A stretch of 63,995 nucleotides of DNA, counting the filler, from Lenisia limosa (Eukaryota; Protista; Breviatea), in NCBI GenBank assembly GCA_001655205.1. It is 12 parts of 12 records of this genome, joined end to end, with 100 filler letters (N's around TTAATTAATTAA, not from the genome) between each part and the next. Parts side by side here need not be neighbours in the genome. Positions count along the whole stretch, not along the records: positions 33,046 to 48,887 come from LPNZ01007487.1; positions 48,988 to 51,674 come from LPNZ01006436.1; 10 more parts are not named here. One strand, written 5' to 3'. This document shows, piece by piece, positions 36,601-49,030 of the stretch (within the stretch, counting starts at the first letter, position 1; every line of letters starts with the position of its first letter). The position numbers were made by a program, and so were the translations under genes. The notes beneath the pieces were generated by a model, which had not been told where the DNA came from, did not search any database, and was given only the letters and a program-made list of their open reading frames with translations.

Positions 36601-39600
36601 TGTCAAATGAATACACTTCAAGTGTCGGCACTCTTACCAGTAACCGGGTATGCGGCTCATGTTCGGGTCGGAATCGAAACGGAAGAAGCGCCGACGGATG
36701 CGGTACTTGCAAGGACGGCTACTACAATTTATCAACTGGAGACAGCTATTCAACTGGAACTTGCAGTGGTATGTGGCTGTGATAATGGATACGGCAATAT
36801 CGTAATACTGGGGAGCTTTCTTAGTTTGCCAACATATAATACTCGCCAGGATCGTAATTTTTATCTTAAAATCTCAACAATATGACGATTTGGTTTGAGT
36901 AAAGTTATCAATGATTAACCTGTTCTCAATACCATTGCATGAAACTGGTGAAACAGCATATTGACCCTTCCAGCAATACGAACATGCAACCTGTCAAACG
37001 AATACACCTCAACTGCAGCCACCCTCACCACTAATGCTGTTTGCGGCTCATGTTTGGGTCAGAATCGGAACGGAAGAAGTGCCGACGGATGCGGCACGTG
37101 CAAGGACGGCTACTTCCGAGCCATTTCGGGACACAGTTACTCCTCTACGCTCTGTTCAGGTGAAGGGTTATTGAATCGCTGTTTCTATTCACAATAGTTT
37201 TTAAGATATGATTATCAGTAGGGCTTCACATCGGTTCGAAAAAGACCAGTAAAATATCGATGGTTTTCGAGGATTTATCGGGAAATCAGTCTTTTTACGA
37301 ACCGAAGTGAAGCCCAAATTATCAGACAGATTGAAAAGGTTACTTGGCTTCTGGGGGCACTTTTTCTCAATGATTGGTTCTGCGGTGCCAATACCCATAA
37401 CAGAACTCATCTACATTAGTATTTCTCACGCCTGACAAACTCAGCGCACCAAACATGTACTTCGTCATCAGTCTTCACAAGTATGCCGGGAACTAAGGTG
37501 GCGGACACTGTGTGTGCAACCTGTCTTTCGCGCAACCGTAACACGCGATCCGGCGATACGTGTGGCACGTGTCGCTCCGGTTACTTTAATACGGCGACCG
37601 GAGCAGGCTACAACATCGACCATTGCGATCGTTTGCGGGGTTAAGGGATGCATATTGAAATTGAGCAGCATATTTGAATTTGCATTATTGTGTTGTTGGC
37701 TTGTTTTCTTGGGGTCTGAGCCAGTTAACCAGCGTGACAATTCCATTAATTTACCATGCAGTTCATAGCACTTGCACGGGACCAATGTACGTTGAAACAG
37801 GAGGCAGTGCCAACAAAGACACATTTTGTTCCCCCTGTAGTTTCCTTTACAGAAATCCCGATAGCGGGCCTGAATGCGGAACCTGTGTTAGCGGTCACTT
37901 TAATGTTATTAACGGAGGCACCACTGGCATCTTACCCTGCGCACGTGGGCTGGTCAAGCTTGTACTAATTATTTCTATTGATAATCCCTTGATAAAATTC
38001 ACCTTATTTCATATCCTCTTGAGCATTTCACCTGTCTGCTCTTTGGACCACAATGGAGTCATGATATTTGATCGAACCCTTATCACAAAAGATTCACTTT
38101 GTTCCAATAGGATTTCTGCGGATTTTTCAGGACCGAACTTTGCACTGACCACTGCAGCCCATCGGACTTGCGCAATGGACAGTTTTGTGGCGAGCTTAGG
38201 AAGCAGCTTCCTCGATACGGAATGTGCTGAGTGCTTCACCATCAATCGGATGAGCGGTGATGGTACTTTGTGCGACGTTTGTTATGGCGGCTTCTTCAAC
38301 ACTGCGAATGGCGACCAGTATTCTGTTGCTCCTTGCACGCGTAGGACGGGGGGTTAATGAACTCATGTAAAGTGACCTGGATAAGTCTTGACCGATTTTC
38401 CTTGGAATTCACAAGCAAAACGGTCAAAACTTATCCCGGTCACTGTGTATAAGTGGTCCCTTCGAATGATATCATTGGTGAAATGATATGAATATAAGGG
38501 ATGGTAATGTTTCATATGATATTCTCTTCAATATACTTGAAAATTCGTGATTACATTCACATTGATTGCGTTTTTTTTGTGGATATCGTATTCATATTAA
38601 ATGCAGTATCCTTGTGGGATTCTTCTTTTGCTGTGGTTTTATGATGGGCCTATTTTTCTTTTGTTGTGAATTTAAAAGCAGAAGTCTATTAGCACCATTC
38701 TATTGTGACGATAACCTGGTTCATTTTGACCTTTCAGAGCATCGCACATGTCAAACGCTCGAGTACCCCCTGACCGCCGGTACCCGCACACAAGACGTGG
38801 CTTGCGNNNNNNNNNNNNNNNNNNNNNNNNNNNNNNNNNNNNNNNNNNNNNNNNNNNNNNNNNNNNNNNNNNNNNNNNNNNNNNTAGGAAAGGTCACTCG
38901 ATAAACTGTGGCACGTGCCTTCCGAACTACTACCACACAACGACGGGAGCAAGTGTCGGTGTCGTGGACGTCTGCTTAGGTTGGATGGATACACTGACTG
39001 AATCTCAACCTTGTGTTTGCCAACGAGCCCAAGGCGGGAATCAAGTTCTCTTGAATGTTGTTGTTGTTGTTGATGATGATGATGATGGTTTTGTTGGTGA
39101 TGGTGGATTTGTTGTACTTTGATTATGAAATATGATACGATAGATATTGTGTACAATTAGCTCAGTTGCGTTTTGTGCATTCCACGATGCCTTTCTCTAC
39201 AATTGATCAGGAATCATTACTGAGGTGGCGTCTAACAACTAGTGGCAAAGACATGCGAGACTCAGCCCGAATTCCTTTTCGAATTTAGCACGTTGACAAC
39301 GGATGCAATATGCATGCCATGTAGCTCGTTGAAACGAGGTGGATCCATCGGCCCCTTCTGTGGCCCCTGTTTGTTTGACTTCTACAATGAAGAGGATGGT
39401 CATCAAACTTCCACCACAAAATGCATTCGTGAGTGGTTGATGTGGCAAAGATGGGTTATGGCAACCTTTTCTGTATTTACCAGACTTTGGCTTACTATTT
39501 TGAAACTTTTTGCTAGGAAATTCTTATACCTTAATTCTATTCAGTCCGCCTGTTCACTCCTTTTTCCCATTATTGCGCAAGCAGTGGGTTTTGTCTCTCA

Positions 39601-41277
39601 CTAACTTAGATTGCGATTATTGCCCATTCAGAGACACGTTTTGCGGTCCACAGGATCCTGGTACCTGCAATGGTACGTCTGGACATTACCTCACGGAATA
39701 TATATATAATTATATATAGCTATATTATAGTATAGGAAATATTTTGCAACAAGTTTTGGGAGAGAATGTGAAGATATTAGCAGGCTAGTCAGTCCCTCAT
39801 TTAATATGAACAGTATTGTGTAGTTCAGTTTGAATCAATTCCCAAGGGATACTTTAAATGACCAAAAAGACTGTTGAATGTTGTTTGATATTAACACGTC
39901 TCACTGTCTCTTATTGAAACTTGACCTCTGGCATAACCAACACGTCTCACTGTCTCTTATTGAAACTTGGCCTCTGGCATAACCAACACATCACTATCGA
40001 TTATTAAAACTTGGCCTCTGACTTGCAGATTGCGCGCCTTTCAACCCAGGAACTCGCTGCATTGGTCCACAAATCGACAGCAAGTATCAGTGGGTTGGAG
40101 AATCGCACTGAATGCTGCGTACACGATGATCAAACCAAGTATTGTGTTCTAAGGGCCAGGTACAACCTTATTTTTTATTTATCATTGCTATATATGCCTG
40201 ATAATCATAGTGTGGACAGCTTGAGAGTGAGTTTGTTGGTTTCCTTGACCGCTCCCCAAGGCATAATTTTGAATATGGCTGAAACGCGAGCTACTTATTA
40301 TTAATACTGAATCCTTTTGAACTGGCATTGGCTCGGGTAATCAAAATGGACTACTCAGTTTCCCATTCTGCAGCGTTGTTTACTTGTTCAGGGAGGGAAT
40401 TACTCAAAGCGCCTGTGTGACTTTCTGCGCAGGAACCACGTCTCCTTCTGAGTGTATTACAATCGAAAGTTCAGGTTGGGGGGGGGGGGNNNNNNNNNNN
40501 NNNNNNNNNNNNNNNNNNNNNNNNNNNNNNNNNNNNNNNNNNNNNNNNNNNNNNNNNNNNNNNNNNNNNNNNNNNNNNNNNNNNNNNNNNNNNNNNNNNN
40601 NNNNNNNNNNNNNNNNNNNNNNNGGAACCGACAGGTGTACATGTCACATGGGCACTATGACTGAGAGCCGTTCCAGCGCAATGAGCAGTGTTTGTGAAAT
40701 GCTGATACCGTGATGGAGGGGGACATTTGGAGTTTTTATATGTATAATATTTATTATTTTTATTATTTTTGGAGAACTTTGTGTGTTGGTTTGAATGTTA
40801 TTCCCTCAATATAGTTTATTGTTATTGAACAAGTGGATATCACCATAGAATTGAATATTTCGTATAAGGCCTGAAGTAATTACAATACATTTTATTGTGA
40901 TTTTCCTTGGTNNNNNNNNNNNNNNNNNNNNNNNNNNNNNNNNNNNNNNNNNNNNNNNNNNNNNNNNNNNNNNNNNNNNNNNNNNNNNNNNNNNNNNNNN
41001 NNNNNNNNNNNNNNNNNNNNNNNNNNNNNNNNNNNNNNNNNNNNTGATCGTGACGGTGGTTTATGGAGGTACTCTGAGGCAATATCGATCAGCCGGGCTG
41101 AAGGAGGGTCCTAAGTTAGACATAAGTAGAAAACCGGTCCGAAATTGGTGAGAACGTTCTGCAGAATGACAATGGCATTCTCGAAGCCTTCCTGTGTGTT
41201 ACTCCATAGGCTCTGTGAAAGTGAGCGATCTGAGGCGCGATGGCAGCAAAAGATTCAGAACTGTTGTATCGGACTGA
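33635..41277 (+). CDS. Secreted/single-pass surface protein with a furin-like Cys-rich segment and ~9 tandem ~62-aa six-Cys repeats (TNFR/ephrin-receptor-like)
   Basis: Signal peptide MMITRIIVLLTLWHHCWA. Repeat exons of ~185-195 nt (e.g. 36230-36416, 36584-36770, 36974-37160, 37446-37630, 37761-37944, 38159-38340, 39243-39429) have the consensus H..C....Y....gT.t.d.vC..C....R.g...d.Cg.C..gy.n...G......C. A TM-like piece lies near 41045 and the stop is at 41275-41277. Confidence 0.8.
38370..38445. mobile_element. 76-bp Tc1/mariner-type MITE ((C)AGTGACC.GGATAAG...CTTATCCCGGTCACTG); partial copies at ~25188-25203 and ~43078-43123
   Basis: Terminal inverted repeats end in CACTG. TA follows the right end in the 43123 and 25203 copies and precedes the left end here. 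Confidence 0.65.
39895..40025 (+). repeat. ~46-bp intronic tandem repeat (2 full copies plus 1 degenerate)
   Basis: Unit AACACGTCTCACTGTCTCTTATTGAAACTTG(A/G)CCTCTGGCATAACC. Confidence 0.85.
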
Positions 41278-41362
41278 AGCCTTCCACATCATCATGCTTA
41301 TAAAGAGATATTACATGCACATGAAATACTATATCTGTATGATCCGTATATTCAAAGACAGT

Positions 41363-44300
41363 TCAGATTTGGGTTGTTCTAAACAACTGTGCAATTTGGA
41401 CTATTCTGGGAAAACGATTCAAAGACCCGGAAACATTCAGAGCGTCATGGTAAAAGTTGGCTTTGATCAAATCGTCGGATTCAAACGCAGCAACGGCTAA
41501 ATCCACTGCTCGTTTGACTGCAATGTAAGAGAATTCTGTAGCAATGATTACAAGTGCGAGGTTATTGATGGAAAGAATCATGAATATCATAACACCTCAT
41601 TACAGCCCTATGGCGCATCGACTTGGGACTCTTGTGAAAACGTTGGAATTCCCATATTTTGGAATCCCATTGAATTTGATGGAAATTTGAAGTAATTTGT
41701 GGAATTACCAAATAAGACAAGTGTATCACAAGTGGATGTGCCGAAGTGAGCAACATGACTATTACAATTCGCAGTGATACAGTAAAAATGGGTGGGAAGT
41801 TATGTAAATTTGAATACCAATACGCACTTGGAGTTGACACATGTGACGAAGGTTGTGAGTTAGACCTAGAGTGAATCAAATAAAACAAGCGTGTACTTGG
41901 CCAACTCATGAAATGCCCAGTTTAACTATTTTATGACAATTGTAGCAATTCATGTTTCGGAGATTACCAACTCAGTCAGCGGGGTAAAGACTTTTTTCTG
42001 GCCGAAATCAAAGGGGTCCTTTTTGGGCGGTCTGAGAAGCTCAAAAAGAAATGTGGGAGTATTGCGTCCCTCAACCTGGAACAGTAACTGTCATTCGGAT
42101 ATATAATTTACACTTTTGTGTATGTGGACTCATTACCAATTCAGTTTTTGAACATTTTATTCATCTCATGGCAAACCAACAAATCTTACATTGTGGCCCC
42201 AAATATGAACTAAGAAATCTTATCGACAAATCTCGAATGTATTAGACCCCAATTGTCTATCACCACATACTCGAACACAATCCAAAAGCCTGAAATGGAA
42301 GTACTCCCTCACTGACTCGAAGACACTGTCTGACACGATAGTCTTAACCTGCGATTTCAGACCCTTATTTAATAACCCGAATAGTTGGAGGGACAACCTT
42401 TCAATGGCATTCCAATTATGTTGCAGTGGTTTGTAAATTGATAATTGTTTCAAACACAGTCCCTATTGACTTACGCCAAACTCCTGGCAAAGGGACTCGC
42501 ATCTCGAGGCTAGGTTCACGCTATCTCCAATAAGGCCATATTTCATGCGTTTATTCGAACCTATTGTGTCAGAAGTTCGTTTATAAACAATCCTAGTCAC
42601 ATCAAAGAACTGCATTGAAAGAAAGGCAAAACGAAATTGCTCGTCAGCAAGAACAATTCTATCCCGTATTTGACATTCCTCAATATTACACGAAATCACC
42701 GAAACCCAAACTACCGATATTGCCACAGAGCGCACTTCCCGTTACTACGCCGCATCGGATGGATATCGACTGGAGCCCGAAATCCTAAACCGTCATGGCA
42801 ACTAGATATGATGCCTGTGCAACTAGATATGATGCCTGTGTACCCTATAGGATTCATCTTATCAGGTCTAGTTCCAGCTTACTCTGAGCACCAAATTCAG
42901 CAGTTGGACAGCTTTGTGCATTTTAGTAGTTGTCAAACAGGCTTTGAAGACATGGTTTTCCACAAAAGATGGTGCATTCCAAAAGCACAGAATTGTTCTA
43001 AATGTCACATGACGTATCCATTGATTGTAAACATTATGAATTTACAGATTTTTTTTGGCTTATACAAGCCTTGACTATGTGATTTCCCAAGGAAAATCTA
43101 TCAATACTTATCCCGGTCACTGTAGAGTAGTATACATATGTAGGGTTTCACTTTGGCTCTAAAAGTATCGGTAAAATATCGACAGTTTTCGAGGATTTAT
43201 CGAGAAATTCAGTCTTTTTTTGACCGAAGTGAAGCCCTCATGATGTTATTTCTTGCCAAACAACACTTGAAGCATCATTTCGTATAACAAATTGCCAACA
43301 ATATTGATAATTATGAAGGTAAAATGCAGACACCTCCCCATCACACTCTCCTTGGAACTCGCCAAACGTTCCGTCCATCATTGAAATAATCTCAGTCATC
43401 TCAGTGACATACATTGAAAGAAACTGGTAAGAAAAAAACATGGAAACTTTCATGAACATCTTCGGATCAACGTCAACCATATCGTTGAATTGATCAATTG
43501 ATGAGAAACAAATGGTCACAATTCGAGGCTCAACCCCGACTGTTGCAACCTGGCATCTATCGTTCAGCAAAGACATCAACGTCTCAGGAATGTACCTAGA
43601 TTTCGAGTAAACTACTGAGTCCGCACTTTGAAAACGAAAAAAGGCTTCGGTGCATTTCTTCGTAAGTGTTTTGTAAGATGTTCACTTCTTTCAACCGAGT
43701 TTTGTCGAATGATCTGCAAGTAAAAACACAACAGTGGGTTACTTTTCATTGCGAGAGGAAAAATTGAACTGGGAAAGCTAGGTAAAAGAAACAAATCACC
43801 TTTTGTAGCTTCTGTGATAACTGACTCAATGGTTGCGTAATACTTAGTGTTGTGTATGAAATGGCAAACATGCAACTTAACCTGTCATTAACTAGGAAAA
43901 CTTACACAGTCATAATGATGAAAGTCACCAGAATTGATATCAAGATATTATGACGTTGGTGCGACCGAATGTTATCGGAGATCTCACGAATCTACAACCT
44001 TATTGAAATCAATACTCTTACGACAGCATCATGTGAAGACAACGGTGAAAGTACCGCCACAATAAACTGCAGGCTATATCCAATGTTCTGGCCGCTGAGC
44101 TGAAATATAATTTTTTTTCTTTGGTGAAAGAGCTTAATGTAGGACTACTATTTTGTAGAAAATTGAAGCCCTCAGGAACCCCCACCGTGTACACGTAGTC
44201 GTTTTGTACAACAGATATAGAATGACTCAATAAATAATCTCGGTTAATACTCTTGTCCAAATCGACTCGAGTAATGTTTGGGCTGAATGTAATAGCAGAA

Positions 44301-47300
44301 AAAGTGCCAACTTTGGTTCTTCCTGTGGAAATAATGAATGCATTAGTCCCGCCAAAATTGGATTATTAATGTTTGATTCAGTGTACTACAGAATAAGTCA
44401 AATTGAGCATACATAGACTGGCCTGGGCTTGACATTTGATATTGTGTCCGAAGCAACAACAACCCCTTCATTATGGATCAAGCAAACAAGACCATTTTCA
44501 GAGAAGTTATAACGCTAAATAATTGTCATAAAAGACTGTGAAGTAATTTTGAATATTTTCTATTGAAACAGAGATATCGAGCAGAATGCTATTATTTAGG
44601 GAGGTACCAGGAACATAAAAAGACTCTTGTTCAAGATAACCAGTTTGGTTATGCGATATCACCAAAGTGGCGTCGATTCCAATGACACCAGAGAGCCAAC
44701 GATAAAACTGACCTTGATATTGCTGGATAGTTATAAAGGAAACCAGCGTACAACTCGGCCATTTGCAACTTCAAAACCTTCATCGATCCAAAAGTAGTTG
44801 GGATAGGTTTTATTTTGAACCACAACATTCGGTAATCCGAGGTCTGTGGCCTCAATGATGTATAAATAGTTTTTCTAAAGAATAAATTAAAAATGTATAG
44901 ACTAGAGATGATTTAAAATATGATATACAATGTGTGATAGCTATATATTCATGATATGATATTTCTAATATACTATAAGAGTAATATGGTATGTTACAAT
45001 GTATAATAGCTACGTAAATACTACTCAACAAAAAATTTTCTAACCATGTCATACCGCTGGATAAAAGTCACAAAATGAACACGTCTTCCATGGTTCACCA
45101 TACTGACTAAGTAGCCACAAATACATCTTGTTTTGATACCTTTCATAGCCCAAGAGTATTCCAAAATTACAGCGAATACTCAAACCTGCGTTGTATGAAC
45201 CAACCCAATTTGTGACATTGCTTAGCGTAATTGTTTTCCAGTAAAATTCCCTTCTTTGGTCGATTGTTGTACTGAAGTTCTGAATAAAAAAGCAACATTA
45301 ACATCGATAACTTCAGGCATGGCAATGTTTTGAACTATATTCACAGGCTCCTAAAAGTCACTTTGAATTTTCAAAATACAATAGCATTATATGATATGAG
45401 ATAAAATATATGATAGTCAAAAGCAAGCTGCTGTCCACACCATCATATAATGGATGATTGGAAATGGAACAATGAATTTTCTCTCAATCATTTTATTACT
45501 CCCTTTACTGCTTTCTCTCTCGTTGATATCAAAGTGTACTTGATATCTGAAAATGCATACCCTGAAAAAGTCGGACAGCAGGATTCCAATAACCTTTCCT
45601 GCTTCTTCATTTAGCTACACAATTATTATTCAAATAATTGCTTACAAACCTGCTGAATGTTTGAGATGATAGACTCGCTGAAAATGTCTCTTGTTTCAGC
45701 GCTGATCTTGTTTGACAGCATTGTTGTGGACAAAATGATAAGAAACATCAAAATAATGAAAGCTAACGAAAAGCTAATAAGTAAAATTATGAATTATTAG
45801 ATAATAGTTTTTACAATCCATTGAACGCCTACGCTGCGGCTAATATTGTTCGAATTGACCATTGTCGAACGTTTTGTTCTTGGGCGACTTCATCAGTTGC
45901 CTGTTGATTAGAAGGAATCAGATTGGACATTCCAATCTAATCTATTACAAGCTTATTTGTGTCTAATAGTGAATTACAACAGTAGTGTATTATTTCATAT
46001 TATATTATATTATAATATATTACATATGTAGCCGTTCAAAATTCTGGGTTTTTTCGCTAATTCTGGTTTTTTTTTATGTTTTGAAGTGGAGTATTTTTTG
46101 TTCAAGTATTATATCTCCTTAGAATTCCTATTAGTCAACGAATAGGCTTCAAAAGGGATTCAAAGTTTTAAATTTGGGCTTCTTATTTAGAGCTCTATGT
46201 ATCCCATATATTGTACTTTGACAAGAATATGAAACCAACTTGTGAAATGAAGTAGAAAAAAAATCACCCCAAAAATGAAGGGTAACCAAAGTCATTTTAC
46301 TTCTAATTTGGCGAAATAAACATATGTACCTATTTTAGACTAGTTTGTCTCAAAAAGAGTGAATATTGTAAAAAAGAGAAAAATAGCAGTAATACTTGAG
46401 AACACAAGAATTAGCGAAAAACCAGAATTTTGAACGGCCGCATACACTATACATAGACCGCAGATACAACCTTATTTTATATTTCTCATTGCTATATCTC
46501 ATACATGTANNNNNNNNNNNNNNNNNNNNNNNNNNNNNNNNNNNNNNNNNNNNNTGAAAAAAATGTGTACGAGCGTAGCGCTAAAACAATTAAATTTTCG
46601 CGATATAGTTTTCTGATCTTGCAAAAAAAAGAAGATTTTTGAAAGGTTATTGTTTCCCTTCATAAATAAATAAAGTGTGTATATCTCAGAAATATATTAG
46701 TTTTGAAGAAGAATAGCTGATTTGGCGACAGCAAATAATTGACGACATTAATTCGAATTAACGACATAATTTTGGACCTTAAGCATATGAATACATACAT
46801 ACATTTTCATGTATTATGTTGTGTTATATGTATATAATATATAGTAAATAATGAATGTATGTAAAAACTATGAATACGATCATAAGCCTGCCATTGAATA
46901 ATAAGAATGTGAGCAAACCACCCTACAAAGAAACACGAAAGTGGCTGAATAGCCTGGACAGATGAGTCTTTCAAACTGGTCGTCTAGGCATGGTAATTTG
47001 TTTATATTTATTTGTTTCTCTAGATTTCTAATGTATATTATTTCTCTTAAAACAATCGTCTAGGTGATGAGGTAACACAAATAATACACCTCTAAACAGT
47101 ATTATTTACCTGTCAATATGAATTACATTTTTTCAGTATGTTCTGAAACATATCGATAGTATATATGCATATATATGATAAAAATTTCATTGTCTTGTAA
47201 TGATAGATGAAAAAGAAGTATTTCAGGTTTTTTGAACTTTCTCCACCCATATGTCAATACAAAACATACTGAAAGACTTTCCTGTAAAAAATGGCGTTGG

Positions 47301-47863
47301 TGGTAGTCCTTGTTGATTTGTTCGTTATAGAGCTGTAAGGATGAGCCTCTGTTTTTATGCTCCTCACACACAGCAAGACATGATAAATATAGATATTTAT
47401 AAACACCGCAACGAAGCCCTCATTATAAATATNNNNNNNNNNNNNNNNNNNNNNNNNNNNNNNNNNNNNNNNNNNNTATAGTATATATGTATATGACATG
47501 TATTGGTTATTGTTTGACTGCTCATTTGATGGTTTTGCAATAACATCATATTGTGATTAGCAACTGCTCTGTTTTGTATTGTTCAAAGAAATGCAAGATA
47601 TGACAAGTAGAAAGAGACAGCTAAGTATTGATATTAAATAATTTGGCTCTTCATGTACTCCTTTCATCAAGTTAAAAAAGTGATAAAGATAAATATAATT
47701 CATCTGCAACCTACCCATGTCCACATTTCATCCCAATGACCCCATTTTCATCACGTCATGTAATACGGTAACAAACGAAATTGATATAGATTTACCCCAA
47801 ACAGAAGAAGTCAACATGCTCTTGTTTTTTGGATGAACTTGCAAGACTTCCCAGCAGCGTCAT
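41363..47863 (-). CDS. Receptor-type class III nucleotidyl cyclase: TM - extracellular (Cache-like) - TM - HAMP - cyclase; catalytically degenerate
   Basis: Exons give RLKEVNILQNTYEEMHRSLFSFSK|YIPE (HAMP/linker), VEPRIVTICFSSIDQFN, IISMMDGTFGEFQGE|TILCFWNAP, IRCGVVTGSALCGNIG|SNKRMKYGLIGDSVNLASRCESL, TIVSDSVF..RLLDCVRV|EGRNTPTFLFEL. TM exons lie at ~45660-45770 and ~43920-43990. Exons upstream of 46000 and the start at 47863 are tentative. Confidence 0.85.
46031..46438. mobile_element. ~408-bp non-autonomous TIR element in a cyclase intron (superfamily unassigned)
   Basis: GCCGTTCAAAATTCTGGGTTTTTCGCTAATTCT at the left end and its reverse complement at ~46406-46438. No clear TSD. Confidence 0.75.
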
Positions 47864-48174
47864 AGAAGCCAGCCCTTGGGTGTTTGAGTCATAGCATTGC
47901 GCTTGGCATGATGTATTCGGCGGTAATATGCAATGTAATATGTAAACTTCTTCAATTCTGAACCCGATATACAATATGAAATCATACAAAGCATACAAAA
48001 AGCACTTTTTTCAACGAAATAAAATTGTATTCGTGAAACATGGGAAAATACAAATGCGGAAGTTGATGACTGACACCACGGCGGCGGCGTTTCTTTCTTT
48101 CTTTCTTCCGTTCTTCCACTTCCTTTTCTTAGGACCATATAAAGGAGAAGAGCTTCTATTTTTGTAGCGCAAAG

Positions 48175-48672
48175 ATGGACGTCAATGTCCCCTACAGTAG
48201 CGGGAACGTTTCTAAGCCATTTGACAAGCTTGTTCTCTTCACTGCTGTCTTCCTCTGCTCGTTGTCTCTGATCCTGGTCTTCCCATCACGGTGCTGGAAC
48301 CCTCCCGCCTTCCCCCCTCCTCCCGAAGTCTTTATTGACGATCAAGGCAATGTAAGTCGGACTATTACGATCGGAATGGATTTCCACTCAGTCAAAGAAA
48401 TCTTCTTTGATATGCTCTTTTATGACACGGGGTCAATAACCGTCAAAAGAGAACTTTGATACTCCTCCCACAAGGTTGTATATTTATATGCGATTGAGGA
48501 GGAACGTAAAACCGAACGATAAATAGTGATTAAGGGTCAATGATGCAGCTGATGATTAAAGGGTTAATAAATAGTGTATTTTGTAGATAACCAGGCATGG
48601 AAGTTCTTTATTGAAGGGCAGTGAAGAATATAAACCAGATTCTTCACCCAAACAACAAAAAAATATAGCCCA
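48175..48672 (+). CDS. Hypothetical membrane protein, first exons (head-to-head with the cyclase)
   Basis: ATG ORF with the hydrophobic stretch LVLFTAVFLCSLSLILVF, a Pro-rich linker and a GTAAG donor at ~48352. No family recognised. Confidence 0.5.
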
Positions 48673-49030
48673 GGTTAGTCGCTTCCGAAGCAAACCCCAC
48701 CACTCCAGAGTGGGTGAGAATAAAATAATATAATTACGTTGTTCTGCAATCATGGGAATATGTTGAACCCTTTTTTTTATATATATTTCCCAAATGCTTA
48801 ACCAATAGAGTTGGTTTTGGGTTTTTTTTGTTTGTTTGGAGTTTGGAGTTACAGATTATCCGTTTGTATCAACCCCTGTGTTATCAGNNNNNNNNNNNNN
48901 NNNNNNNNNNNNNNNNNNNNNNNNNNNNNNNTTAATTAATTAANNNNNNNNNNNNNNNNNNNNNNNNNNNNNNNNNNNNNNNNNNNNGGGGGGGGGGGAG
49001 ATTTTGGAGTTTTTCATTTCATGCACCGCA

